Origin: Antedon mediterranea
Lineage: Eukaryota; Animalia; Echinodermata
Reading direction: 5' to 3'
Assembly: GCF_964355755.1 (NCBI RefSeq)
Contig: NC_092670.1
Coordinates: 16,850,795 to 16,914,794, forward strand
DNA: 64,000 nt
Shown here: piece after piece, positions 24,901 to 46,137 of the stretch
Layout: each line of letters begins with the position of its first letter
Position numbering within the stretch: position 1 is the stretch's first letter
Notes under the pieces: generated by a model
Database searches by the model: none
Told to the model about the DNA's origin: nothing
What the model saw: the letters and a program-made list of their open reading frames with translations, nothing else
Position numbers and translations under genes: made by a program

Positions 24901-27900
24901 TAAAGAAAATTACATATAATAAATTTGACTCTTTTGTTTGATGGATACAGTAGAACCTAAATTAAAAAGAGACTTTTGAGGACAACAAAGTGTCTCATTA
25001 ATGGGGTGTCTCATTAATAGGGGTGTCTCATTAATGGGGTGTCTCATTAATAGGGGTGTCCCATTAATAGGGGTGTCCCATTAATAGGGGTGTCCCATTA
25101 ATAGGGGTGTCCCATTAATAGGGGTGTCCCATTAATGGGGTGTCCCATTAATAGGGGTGTCTCATTAATAGGGGTGTCCCATTAATAGGGGTGTCCCATT
25201 AATAGGGGTGTCCCATTAATAGGGGTGTCCCATTAATAGGGGTGTCCCATTAATAGGGGTGTCTCATTAATAGGGGTGTCTCATTAATAGGGGTGTCCCA
25301 TTAATAGGGGTGTCTCATTAATAGGGGTGTCTCATTAATAGGGGTGTCCCATTAATAGGGGTGTCTCATTAATAGGGGTGTCTCATTAATAGGGGTGTCT
25401 CATTAATAGGGGTGTCTCATTAATAGGGGTGTCTCATTAATAGGGGTGTCTCATTAATAGGGGTGTCCCATTAATAGGGGTGTCCCATTAATAGGGGTGT
25501 CTCATTAATAGGGGTGTCTCATTAATAGGGGTGTCTCATTAATAGGGGTGTCCCATTAATAGGGGTGTCCCATTAATAGGGGTGTCCCATTAATAGGGGT
25601 GTCCCATTAATGGGGGTGTCCCATTAATGGGGGTGTCCCATTAATAGGGGTGTCCCATTAATGGGGTGTCTCATTAATAGGGGTGTCTCATTAATAGGGG
25701 TGTCCCATTAATAGGGGTGTCCCATTAATAGGGGTGTCCCATTAATAGGGGTGTCCCATTAATAGGGGTGTCTCATTAATAGGGGTGTCTCATTAATAGG
25801 GGTGTCTCATTAATAGGGGTGTCCCATTAATAGGGGTGTCTCATTAATAGGGGTGTCTCATTAATAGGGGTGTCCCATTAATAGGGGTGTCCCATTAATA
25901 GGGGTGTCTCATTAATGGGGTGTCTCATTAATAGGGGTGTCTCATTAATAGGGGTGTCTCATTAATAGGGGTGTCTCATTAATAGGGGTGTCTCATTAAT
26001 AGGGGTGTCCCATTAATAGGGGTGTCCCATTAATAGGGGTGTCCCATTAATAGGGGTGTCCCATTAATAGGGGTGTCCCATTAATAGGGGTGTCTCATTA
26101 ATAGGGGTGTCTCTATAATAGGGGTGTCTCATTAATAGGGGTGTCCCATTAATAGGGGTGTCTCATTAATAGGGGTGTCCCATTAATAGGGGTGTCTCAT
26201 TAATAGGGGTGTCCCATTAATGGGGGTGTCCCATTAATGGGGGTGTCCCATTAATGGGGTGTCTCATTAATAGGGGTGTCTCATTAATAGGGGTGTCCCA
26301 TTAATAGGGGTGTCTCATTAATAGGGGTGTCTCATTAAAGGGGTGTCTCATTAATAGGGGTGTCTCATTAATAGGGGTGTCTCATTAATAGGGGTGTCTC
26401 ATTAATAGGGGTGTCCCATTAATAGGGGTGTCTCATTAATAGGGGTGTCTCATTAATAGGGGTGTCTCATTAATAGGGGTGTCTCATTAATAGGGGTGTC
26501 TCATTAATAGGGGTGTCCCATTAATAGGGGTGTCCCATTAATAGGGGTGTCCCATTAATAGGGGTGTCCCATTAATAGGGGTGTCCCATTAATAGGGGTG
26601 TCCCATTAATAGGGTGTCCCATTATTGGGGTGTCCCATTAATAGGGGTGTCCCATTAATAGGGGTGTCCCATTAATAGGGGTGTCTCATTAATAGGGGTG
26701 TCCCATTAATAGGGTGTCCCATTAATGGGGTGTCCCATTAATAGGGGTGTCTCATTAATAGGGGTGTCCCATTAATAGGGGTGTCTCATTAATGGGGGTG
26801 TCCCAATAATGGGGTGTCCCATTAATAGGGGTGTCTCATTAATAGGGGTGTCCCATTAATGGGGTGTCCCATTAATAGGGGTGTCTCATTAATAGGGGTG
26901 TCCCATTAATAGGGGTGTCCAAATAATGGGGTGTCCCATTAATAGGGGTGTCTCATTAATAGGGGTGTCCCATTAATAGGGGTGTCCCATTAATAGGGGT
27001 GTCTCATTAATAGGGGTGTCCCAATAATGGTGTGTCCCATTAATAGGGGTGTCCCATTAATAGGGGTGTCCCAATAATGGGGTGTCCCAAATGAGGTCTA
27101 TTTTATTCATTCATAAATGAATATTAAATACCTGACGGAAATCTGTAATTGTGTCCTGGTCTGTTTTATCAACTTCATCTAAAAATGTCATAATGCTCCT
27201 ATAATAAAAAATTAATATAAAATTGGTATAAAATACTGTATTCTTGAATAAGCATTAACATTCTTAATCCCTGTCTACACTATCAAACTAGTTTGACAAA
27301 AAAGTGTAACGTAATCAAATATGGTGGTGATATTCCAAAATATGTCAGAGACATCATGTCAATAGAGTATCACGGTGCTGATCTCGCAATACCATGTGAA
27401 ATCTCCTTGTCAGAACGCGATACTCTATAGGGCCACATGATCAAATTTTGTTGTCACATGAAGTTTGATAGTTTAGACAGAGCTTTAAACACAATAAAGA
27501 TAAATGTGAATGATAACTATAAAATTCACCTAAGTTTGTCCTCTGTTAATAAAGCATTCTTAGTTGCTTTTGCCTTTGTAGGTTGTTTATCACTTTGTTT
27601 GGGTTTATGATCTGTAAAATCTTGAAGATTTTCCGCAGAGAGGTAAACATCTTGATCCCGGGGGTAAAGACTTGACCCTTCTTCTTGACCTTTATCATTA
27701 TCTTCATTATCATCCTGGTTTTCATTTAGATCATCTTTATCAAATATATCCACTGCCAAAAAAAAAAGAAGAGAATTAAACACATCACATTATTACTAAT
27801 ATCCTTTTTATTTTAGTAATCCAACCTGTATATTTAACATTTAATTTGTGAATGCTTTGGGACAATCTGCTGATTGTTAAAAGCAGTATAAAATCCACTA

Positions 27901-30900
27901 ATTTTTTTAATTACTATGTGTACCAGTTCACACACATATTGAGACACTGTCATGTAATTGGCTGCCGGTGATGATGGGACCCTTAGAAGAGAATGTCAGA
28001 TAAGAATGTTATTGAAAAAGGTGTAACATCTAAGTCCACAGCGCTCTGATCTTCTAGAGCGCTATATAAATGTCGCATTATATATATATTAAATAATCTA
28101 AAAATGCCAACTTCATGTCAATGGCTACCAGATGTCTCTACAGTATATGTAGACGGTTACTTGAACCAGTCCCAATATACTTACACCATGCAGGCCCTTT
28201 TTTCTTTTCAGGTTCTTCCCTGGGGGTCTGGCCACTCACTGGTTCCTCTAAAAGCTTCAATGTATCTAGGAGGTCTGTCAAGGTGGTTTTAGTCTTTGCT
28301 TCACTACCAGCATCTGTCTCTGCAGCACTTTGGTTTGTGGTTCGTGTTCGATGCGTTGTCGATTCCTGCAAACAAAAATGTATAATGCATCTGTCACCAC
28401 CCAAAAATAAACAATGGTTAACAGTTTAACAGAATAAACTAAATATTCTTGAAATAAATAAAAATTAATGAAATATAAAAATATATTCTTACCTCAAATA
28501 TCTCATCAACATGCCTCCCCACACTACTGGCTGTTGCTGGATGAGCGACGCTATCAGAATTATCCTGTGGAACCCCATCCTGCTTTGAGGCAGCGTTGGC
28601 AGCAGCTGTTCGAGCTTTTGATGATCTACCACTTGTACTTGATACGCGAGAACGCGATTTACCAACCGGAGTTTTAGATAACTTTCCAGTTGTTTGTAAA
28701 AACTTGATTTCATCTTCAGCCATTTGCTTGATCTCATCTTGCTTTTGTTGCCTTTTCTTCTGAAGTTCCTGAGAGAAAAGAAAATATAAATAGATAGCAT
28801 AGACTTAAGCTCTGTCTACACTATCAAACTTTGTGTCAAAAAAATGATGTCATAACACCATATTTATTATTATTATTATTATTATTATTTATTGCCAAAA
28901 ACCAGTTACAAACAAACAAAACACAGAAACTAAGGGAGTAGGCAGGAACCTAAAAGTGAACCTAATCACTATAACAAGAGTTCAGGTTCCGTACTCCCAA
29001 AGTAACAACAATGATATAAAATAAACTATATAAAAATATTTAATTTAAGCATATCACTACCATATTTGGGCACATCAAACTAGTTTGATAATGTAGACAA
29101 AGCTTTACAGATTGACTAAAATGGTGAAAGATTTAAAAAACCAAGAAATTAGCTTTTTAGTTGAAATATCAAGTACGAAACATATCTCTAATTATGTACA
29201 TGTAGATATTTACTTTGATTGCCTCTTGCCTTGCCATTCTAGCCTTCTCATCTCGTCGTCTCTGCTTGGCAAACTCTGCCCTCTGTTGTTCTTCCTTTGA
29301 GTTTCGTTCTTGCAACATTGCTTGTTCTCGTTGCTGTTTCTTCTGGCCTAGCAAATGTCTGATCTCGTCCGATCCAGACTTCTTGCTCTGCCGATGTTCT
29401 CGGTACCACCTTTGTATACGACTGGCTGCATTGTTTACCGTTAAAATGTACTCCTCGGCAACATCTTTATTAACAGGTGTAGGAGATCTAATAACCGAGC
29501 TGGACGTCGACATTGATGATACCTTAGCCGCATCTCTTTTACTGTCCCCTCGCGGACTAACTTGTAACAAGTTCTGAGAGGTCTTTACTGGACTAGGAGA
29601 CCTTCTTGGCCCGTTCTGGTGATTTTTACTCTGTGACAAAGGATTCTGATTGGAGTTTTTCAAGTTGGTTTGTGAATCTCTTAAAATGTTTGTTGTTGTA
29701 GTGAAAGTGGCAGCCATTTTTGCGGGGTGCCGATGTTCAGAATTCACATGGCTGTTCAGTTGTTGAGGCATGTCATAACGATCAGTGTTTAATTGAAGTG
29801 AATCAACAGTGCTGCTACTTCTTGCGCTGGACGGTATCTGAAATGCCCTAGCAGATGGCTGCATATAAAGAATAAACAGATTACTTCTCTGAGTTTTATT
29901 ATGCAAATTATGTTGCCTGTCAAGTTTTATAAATTTTTTGATATTGAAACAAACAATTTTTAGAATTATCCTAACCAAAAATGTTTTATTCTATTCTATA
30001 CAACTTCTTTGGGTGTACGGTTGCCACGTAAAAATACAAATCTATTTTACTAGAGCTGTCAAAACACTCAGATAATACCAAAATAAAAAGCATGTTTTGA
30101 TAGAGCACACACCACCAACTTACCAAGTTATCCGACATCTTTTTATTACCAGATTTGCCCATCTTTCTTGGCTTTTGAATGACAGGTTTATGACTTGAAT
30201 TAAACAGTTCCAGGAAATCATCATTGCTGAAGTAAAACAAAGATATTACGGTCAAATTTTCTTTTCATTTGATTGGTTGATTTTGTATCATGTGACATTT
30301 TACCAATTACACAGGCATGTTTTTTGTAATTGCGATTTTTGTGCGATGTGTGATAGGCTTACAAACAATACATGACCACTGAGGTAAAGTTCTCTCATGG
30401 CTAGAATCTAAAGCTATTTTGCATGGTTTAGCCTTAAAATTACGGAAGTGGTAATAAATTTATTAATTAAATGTGTTATAAAACTAATACTAAATGATTT
30501 GTTTTTATTTAATGAAGACAATATTCTCATTAGTTGAAAACCTGACTCAATTACTGTTTTATTAAACTCACACAGTAAACTTTTAAACTCATAAAAATGT
30601 ATTAATCATATACTATTGGTAAGTTAGCTTAAGTTTATGTTTTACCTGTTTGCTACCCGTGACTTTACCAAAGTTGTTCCTCCACTATTCAAATGACTGG
30701 AGTTGCTACGATGACTTGATAATTCATAGTTATTGCTTGTTGCTGTAAATGACAAATATTATTGAAATTAGGAGGAATTAAACATACTGGATGTTATTAG
30801 GAAAAACAAATTTGTCTTTTATAAACTATTTTTTTTTGCTGTTTACCTCTTTTATGTTTTGGTCGTGCTCCACCCGGAATATTTGATCCATCGATAAAGC

Positions 30901-31108
30901 CATTGCTGAGGCTGGATTTCTTATCTCCACCTGCTTTTAGTCGGTCATCTGAGTGTCGTCTTCCAGTAGTACTTGATCTGCTACTGGATCCAGGCTCACT
31001 CCCATCCTCTCTGCTTGATCGTGGTCTTGTACGACCAGCTGAGCTAGGCCTACTAGTAGGTCTTTTCTTTTGAGATGCAATCTGCGATCCTGTTAAGCTG
31101 AGATCCAT
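18970..31108 (-). CDS. CEP131: Centrosomal protein 131 (AZI1), 19 coding exons, about 1181 aa
   Basis: Exons: 31108-30847, 30742-30646, 30226-30124, 29858-29214, 28768-28493, 28365-28185, 27752-27530, 27198-27132, 24859-24680, 24583-24458, 23737-23631, 23112-23016, 22591-22374, 21846-21621, 21416-21342, 20860-20712, 20321-20150, 19828-19632, 19114-18970. All GT-AG and phase-consistent (3546 nt). Motifs: MDLSLTG, IQ-like AASRIQRWYR, TLTDLLDTLKLLEE, SIMTFLDEV, RHLGFIDQLIDDKK, KWIDEKTKKIKEITVKGLEPEIQ, KRADHLESLLEQQRK. Confidence 0.95.
19120..19514. repeat. Tandem duplication of about 200 bp in the last CEP131 intron
   Basis: 19120-19330 and 19331-19514 share ATAAAATTAGGTAAA, GGAGGGCCGACA, GCTGAACTTAACC, CATTGCAATACTAAAGAA, GGAAAGGAGGTCACTAAAACA and GTCAGTCAC. 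Confidence 0.85.
20940..21270 (-). mobile_element. 3' fragment of a non-LTR retrotransposon ORF2 (Rex/Babar- or L2-like), decayed
   Basis: Minus-strand translation gives ILQDSSHPMHNVF ... YRSIISRTNRFRNSFYLAAIRALN, the typical ORF2 C-terminus of CR1/L2/Rex-group LINEs. Confidence 0.7.
22151..22223 (+). tRNA. tRNA-like cloverleaf, anticodon CTC (Glu); probably a pseudo-tRNA or SINE head
   Basis: Acceptor GCTCCAG/TTGGGGC; D-arm GTCT/GGAC with A-box TAGTCTAATGG; anticodon stem TCTGC/GCAGA with loop CC-CTC-AA; B-box GGTTCGAATC; TTTT just downstream. Defects: C at position 33 and a T-stem mismatch. Confidence 0.5.
23362..23554. mobile_element. MITE with 16-bp TIR CAGGCCTTGTCTTTTA
   Basis: CAGGCCTTGTCTTTTA ... 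TAAAAGACAAGGCCTG perfect inverted ends; no clear TSD. Confidence 0.7.
23792..24139. mobile_element. Kolobok-like MITE (TTAA TSD)
   Basis: TTAA|AGATATATTGTCCCCC ... GGGGGACAATACATCT|TTAA. Confidence 0.8.
24308..24436. mobile_element. MITE family A
   Basis: AGCTCTGTCTACACTATCAAA ... TTTGATAGTGTAGACAGAGCT perfect TIRs. Confidence 0.9.
24990..27090. repeat. 17-bp minisatellite (GGGGTGTC[C/T]CATTAATA), about 120 copies, in CEP131 intron 8
   Basis: Direct periodicity. Bounded by TA-CAGTAGAACCT (24946-24958) and GAGGTCTATTTTA (about 27093-27105), which resemble MITE ends. Confidence 0.97.
27268..27484. mobile_element. MITE family A carrying a nested 65-bp hairpin element (27363-27427)
   Basis: CTGTCTACACTATCAAAC ... 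GTTTGATAGTTTAGACAGAGCT; inner TAGAGTATCACG ... CGCGATACTCTA. Confidence 0.8.
28808..29104. mobile_element. MITE family A interrupted by a (TTA)n-tailed retroposon fragment
   Basis: Family A TIRs at both ends; insertion at about 28862-29045 starts with (TTA)n TTTATTGCC. Confidence 0.75.
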
Positions 31109-31124
31109 TACATTGCTCACGTTC

Positions 31125-33038
31125 CTTCAATAAAGTAACAAATATCATCAAATAATACTATATTATTTACTCAATTTATTATATTTATTCAATTAGCATA
31201 CTACTACTAGGCTGCCTATAGGCCTAGGCTAAACATTACAAATAAAAATAGATTTGCAAATTTGCAGTCTATTACTACCCTACTACTACTTACTACTACT
31301 ACTACTAGGCCTAGCTAGGCTAAAACCATCAGTGATTAATTTACAGTATATTCATGTATACATGGGGGTAAAAAATAATTATTTATTTTAACCTCCATGC
31401 TATTGTTGGTAACGTTTAAAATTGGCGCTCTGTATCGCAACCGATTTCAAACGCGACCGATTTCATCTTTCACCGCCGAACCAGCCCAGCAGCTGATGGT
31501 CCTGCCTTCCTTTTTTTCCTGCTCGCTCAAACGCAACCATGGTGGTTGGCCTAGCCTCTATCTAGACTACTAAGAGAGCCCTGGCTTACTTTAACTTACT
31601 AGGCTTACGTTGCGTTGTTATATATTTTTGTTTGTATTTTGATTTAAAGACATTACATTATTAAAACATACCTATTCCCCTAAAAGATTGAATAACCTGC
31701 ACATTTCGGCGGCGCGACACACAAACATCACTTCGAAAAAAAGATCAGCAGAGCAGAGCATTTAATGCATAGATTGTATCCGTTACAGATACAAACATAT
31801 TTTTTTTTTTAATGTGTTTCTCATTTCAGATGTCTTATTTTGCAATCACATAAGTTGAAAAAACTACAAACACCAACGTAATACAAACATGTATAATAAG
31901 CACATTAAAAGAGTTATTAAATGATTCTTTAAATAAATATTTTATGGTGCAAAGTTATGTGACATTACAGAGGATCCTTCCTTGCAACAAGGGAAGAAAT
32001 TTTTGTTCGCCGTTGCTAAAGATACGGTACCGTATCCATGCTTTTAAAAACTAAAGATACGGTAATTATAGAGGGCGCTTCCGTTTGCTAAAAGTACGGT
32101 AAAATTGCATTCCTAAAACTCGTACCTAAATATAAAACTCGTTCCTAAATATAAAACTCCTTCCTAAATATTAAACTCCTTCCTAAATATTAAAAACCTA
32201 ACCCTCTAAATAATCTCTCTTAAATTAAAAACTAAAAAAAAAAAAAAAAAAAAAAGACGTCAAGAAGAGTATCGAACCCCCAACCCCTTAAGCCAAAGCC
32301 TCATCACATGCCCACTAGGCTACACAGCTGGCTTGCAGAAAACCAATGCAATAACCTATTTGATTAACATCCACATTACATAGCGCCCTCTATAATTACC
32401 GTACCTTTAGTTTTTAAAAGTATGGATACGGTACCGTATCTTTAGACATAACGATTTTTGTTTGCTTATTATGTCAGTTTAGGTTCATTTAGTGCGTGTA
32501 AAATGAAGAAATGAATAAATCAAGACACATAATGGCCAGCAATAAGCAAATGAGGCAAAATGTTTGTGATTTTTTTATTAATAATATGACATCAATTCTC
32601 TTCTTTCTTAAAAAATGAATTGACCCAAATTGACCTGAGGTTAATGATATCCCATAATGACATAGGCTGGGTTCACTATATCAATACGCAACAACAACTA
32701 GGTCTCGTAGTGTAATTTCATATAAATCTGTGGCAAATTTTGTTTCATTCTTATTTATGATAAATTATCTTTCAATTTAAATGTATTTATGGTTTAGACT
32801 TGAATACAACATCCAAAAGCTAACAAGTGTTTAAAAAATAATGATTATTTTGGCGGAATCATAAACAAATCACAGTGTGTAAACTGCCATTTACAGCAAA
32901 ATCTCCAATTTGTATGTTGTGAGAGAAGCGTTTTGTTATAAATAACAATCATATTCGTTGTTTTATTAAAGCAAATTTATTGAATTCTATCTTCTCTTTT
33001 ATAAAGCTATGTATATATTTTGAAATTTACATGGCATA
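31125..33038. promoter_or_regulatory. Divergent (bidirectional) promoter region of CEP131 and CNOT3
   Basis: Start codons at 31108 (minus) and 33039 (plus) point away from each other; CpG-rich patch at about 31420-31730. Confidence 0.55.
32011..32453. mobile_element. MITE with about 70-bp TIRs and 12-bp flanking direct repeat
   Basis: CTAAAGATACGGTACCGTATCCAT..TAATTATAGAGGGCGCT mirrored at 32382-32453; flanks ATTTTTGTTCGC and ATTTTTGTTTGC; interior has short tandem repeats, poly-A and a reverse tRNA-like B-box (ATCGAACCC). Confidence 0.85.
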
Positions 33039-42467
<9,429 letters not shown>

Positions 42468-43513
42468 TAGAGACATTACGCAATCACTTTGACAGCCACC
42501 ATTTCCGGGGTTTTGGCTGAAACAACCAGTTTGAAAAGGAACATTGTGTTTTAAGGAGAAAAGAAATTTTAATGGTCACAGATCATGTCGTCAAAAGATT
42601 TACACTCATTTTATGGTTGAAGTCGTCATGTCATGACTGATGTCAGAGTTCATATCATGAATGATTTCATATGTCATATTTTGGATGACATGATAAAATG
42701 TCATGCACGATATTACATGTGATACCATATATGGTATGTGATGTCATTCATGATGTCATTGAAACGTAAGATGAATGACATACTGGTGATGTCATTCGTT
42801 ATATGTTGGATAGTTCCATTATTTATAATGGGTATTATATTATAATAAACTATGCTATGTAAAAACTTGTTGTACTCGGTTTATTAACATTTTTTGTTTC
42901 AAACGTTTGTTTTTTTAAGAAAAAAAAACATTTTAAAAATGTTTTTTCTTTTATTTTCTAGAAAATAAAACGTTTTAAAAAATTAGAAAAATTATTAAAA
43001 TCGCAGCTGGATTTTAACTGAAATTAAACTGTTTAGATACGCTGTTGTTCACCTCATGTTTACTGAAGTGCAATTGGGAGGGGGGACCATGGGAGGGTTA
43101 TGGGCTACCTAAAAGCAGGGTGTAATAAAGGGGAAGAGGTGTAGGAGAAATTATCTAATAATATAAATTGCTCTTATAAATGACTACAATAATTAAAATT
43201 AGCATTGTTAATTTTTGCCATAATACAGTAATTTATTTTTTGTATTTAATTTCTGTTTGTTTAAATATTATGGTTTATTTAATATACTTTTAACTTATAT
43301 TTTAAACACATGTTTTAAAAAATAAGTTAAATGCATGTCTCATACTATAATCTTAAATTGCATATAAGTGTTATTTTGACCAATATAGCTTTTTTTTTAT
43401 AAACATGATATGAGGTGAATATCAGTGTATTTGATCACTTTATTTTCAGTAAAAATTCAAAATTGTAAAATCTGGGTTTTTTGTCTTCTTTCTCTTTCAT
43501 AATGAATGTGTAA

Positions 43514-43669
43514 AGCTCTGTCTACACTATCAAACTTTATGTGACAAAAAAAATGTGGTGTGCGTATATGGACATGATGATGTCATATCACTAGCCTATT
43601 TGGGCATATCACTACCATATTTGGGCACATCACACTTTTTTTGTCAAACTATTTTGATAGCGTAGACTC
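43514..43669. mobile_element. MITE family A
   Basis: AGCTCTGTCTACACTATCAAACTTTATGTGAC ... TTTGATAGCGTAGAC. Confidence 0.85.
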
Positions 43670-43822
43670 TTACTGTTTTTACTTTTTTGAGACGAGTAGG
43701 GGTCACAACACCACTGTCGTGTACAGATGACGGGGAGCAAGAATTGGCAGCACTGACATGACATGACCCATACAGGGGAGAGGTGTACTAGTGCCATGAG
43801 CAATGATCGTTAGGATGGCGCT

Positions 43823-44546
43823 CAGGGCGGACGCAGGGGTGTTGCCCCAGTTGCCCCTTAATTTCATACTAAATGTTTTTTTCTGCCACTAAATTAAAAT
43901 TTAGATCCCATTTCATCATATTATATATTAACTGTTAACGTTATAGAAGTCCAGGGTTGGAAAAGACTATATTTATCTTTATTTCCCTACGTCCGTAATA
44001 TTTGGGCGAATTTCCGTAATAATTACGGACGTTCCGAACTTTGAAAAAACAGTGTTTAATTGCTTCTTTCTTCATGAATTTTGGAAATTGTGGTTTTTAT
44101 TTAGCATTTATTTCAAAATAATACAATTTAACGTTTTGCTCAATATAGGCCTAGCTTCACATTTTTTTTCTAAATTGTTTTAATTATTAATTGATAATAA
44201 TTAATTTGTATTAATTGATTTTAATTGCTAGAATTTATTACATTATCGGAAGTACCTTCGTCGGGGACCTCCTCTGCCTTAAGTTTTTTGCTTGTGTTTT
44301 ACCGGCGGAAAAAACAGGCCTGATACGATCTGTTTGCTACTATGTAGCCCGATATAGAGTATCATTTCTATTTGTCGTGAATTTTACGCGCGAGAGTACA
44401 TTTCCGGCCATCTGGGGGTGTCATTTAAGAAAAATTCCTCGCCACAGGCCCCACCATGGGGGGCCTGTGGCGCAAATACTCAGTACCTACGGCTCTCTGA
44501 GGAATCTTGGGCAACCCCCTTAAAATCATCCTGTGACCGCCCCCTG
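43823..44546. mobile_element. Non-autonomous DNA transposon with CAGGG...CCCTG ends and 5-bp TSD
   Basis: CAGGGCGGACGCAGG ... CCTGTGACCGCCCCCTG; GCGCT at 43818-43822 and 44547-44551. Confidence 0.7.
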
Positions 44547-46137
44547 GCGCTATACAAATGGAAATTGTCTGTTAATTTCACCAATGTGGTGTTGAATAGT
44601 ATGATTAACGTGTAATTCATCCATAAAGAAACATACACGCATCATGTTCCGATGACGCAGCATGTTCCGATGACGAGACAAATTCCTTGAACTTTCACAC
44701 ATATTTCGATCTACCGGTACATAACAATGTTTGAACATTATAATAGGCAAACACAGTAATAATACGTGTATAAAATTAAGATTTACACGACATCTAAATT
44801 ATGTAACACGTTCTATAGTAGGCCTATTATGAACATTATTCACGACTTGGAAAATTCTTTTATCTACAACTTAACTTAATTATTACCGAGTAACGTTTTA
44901 TAGCTACACAGTGTTTAGTTTATTGACGTATTGTATTAGAGTATTTTATTTAGAAAAAAAACAAAATATTCTTCCATCAGCAACAATGTTTTATTCAAAA
45001 TAGAAATGCATTTTTAGATTATCTAAGCCTCATATCGTACCATACAAAGAATTTTAAAAATAACTTGCACTCTTAGTGCGACGTGTTAGATGTTCCCTGC
45101 GGATCGTTACATTTTTAACATATATATATATATCGTAATATTGTTGTGAAGCGGGTTTTTTTGTTCACATTTTACATCTTTACAATGAATAAGAATGGAC
45201 GGAAAATACTAAACAGTATGACAGATTTGATTCGTTAAAATTATACGATTGCGAACTAATTAATGAAAAGGAACTATACAGCTGTTAAGGTTTAGTGTTT
45301 TCTACCTAGAGCCCGTGTAATCTGTGGTTACACACAGTGTATGTTATCTTTCTCCATATATGGTGTAATACATATATTGCAATTAGTTAATCCTGTTAAA
45401 AGCTAAAGAATAAAACTCGAAACTTTAAAAATACATAGATACATATCATAACAGGGAAGAGTTGTAATCACTCTTCCCTGCTGATCATATATACTATATT
45501 GCAGCAGTATTAGAAAGGTATTAGTAGTCGCACAGCACACAAAACGACTATTATTATATACAACTACGCTAGCGTGAGCATAGAGATATCTCTATGGCGT
45601 GAGCAATAGCTGTTAAGTTTACTGGTGCGTACGGTACTTATCTATTTAAAAATATCTGTATTGTACCACCAACTACTTACCATTGCACTACCTCCGCATT
45701 TTATGCAAGATAGAAAGCCCTCATGCACGGAATGTTTTCGTAACATTTAAAATCCATTCTCATAGACCGCATCTAAATTCAGTACACACCAACACACTAT
45801 TGTTTCGTAAAATATCCTGACAAACGTTTGTAAAATATCTTTTTGATATAATAAAAATGTTTTTGATGTACTAAATTTCTGTAACTAACCTATTTAACAA
45901 TTTATAGAATGTTTACCAAAAACATCGCAGCCTTTTAAAAATCATTTTCTGGAATGCATTACATTATACATACTTCCTTAGTATGATGGACGGATATAAT
46001 GTCAAATACGTTCAACAAACACAAACACATTAAGCTTAGATATTTTGTAAAGCTTGACACGCACGTATAAATATTGCTCTGGTGTACGCACGTGTGAACC
46101 AATTCTTAACAGACGCGTATTATTACGTCATCGCGTA

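Noticed and set aside
24990-27090. CRISPR-like or coding array
   Set aside because: No unique spacers, no cas genes, and it lies in a eukaryotic intron.
27799-27808. ATATCCTTTT U12 donor motif
   Set aside because: Antisense to CEP131 with no adjacent exon; shows such motifs occur by chance.
28104-29577. Plus-strand ORFs over CEP131 exons
   Set aside because: Antisense shadows of coding exons with no independent features.
31361-31399. CATGG...CCATG 39-bp hairpin near the CEP131 5' end
   Set aside because: Resembles the footprint class but lacks a TSD, so it was not counted.
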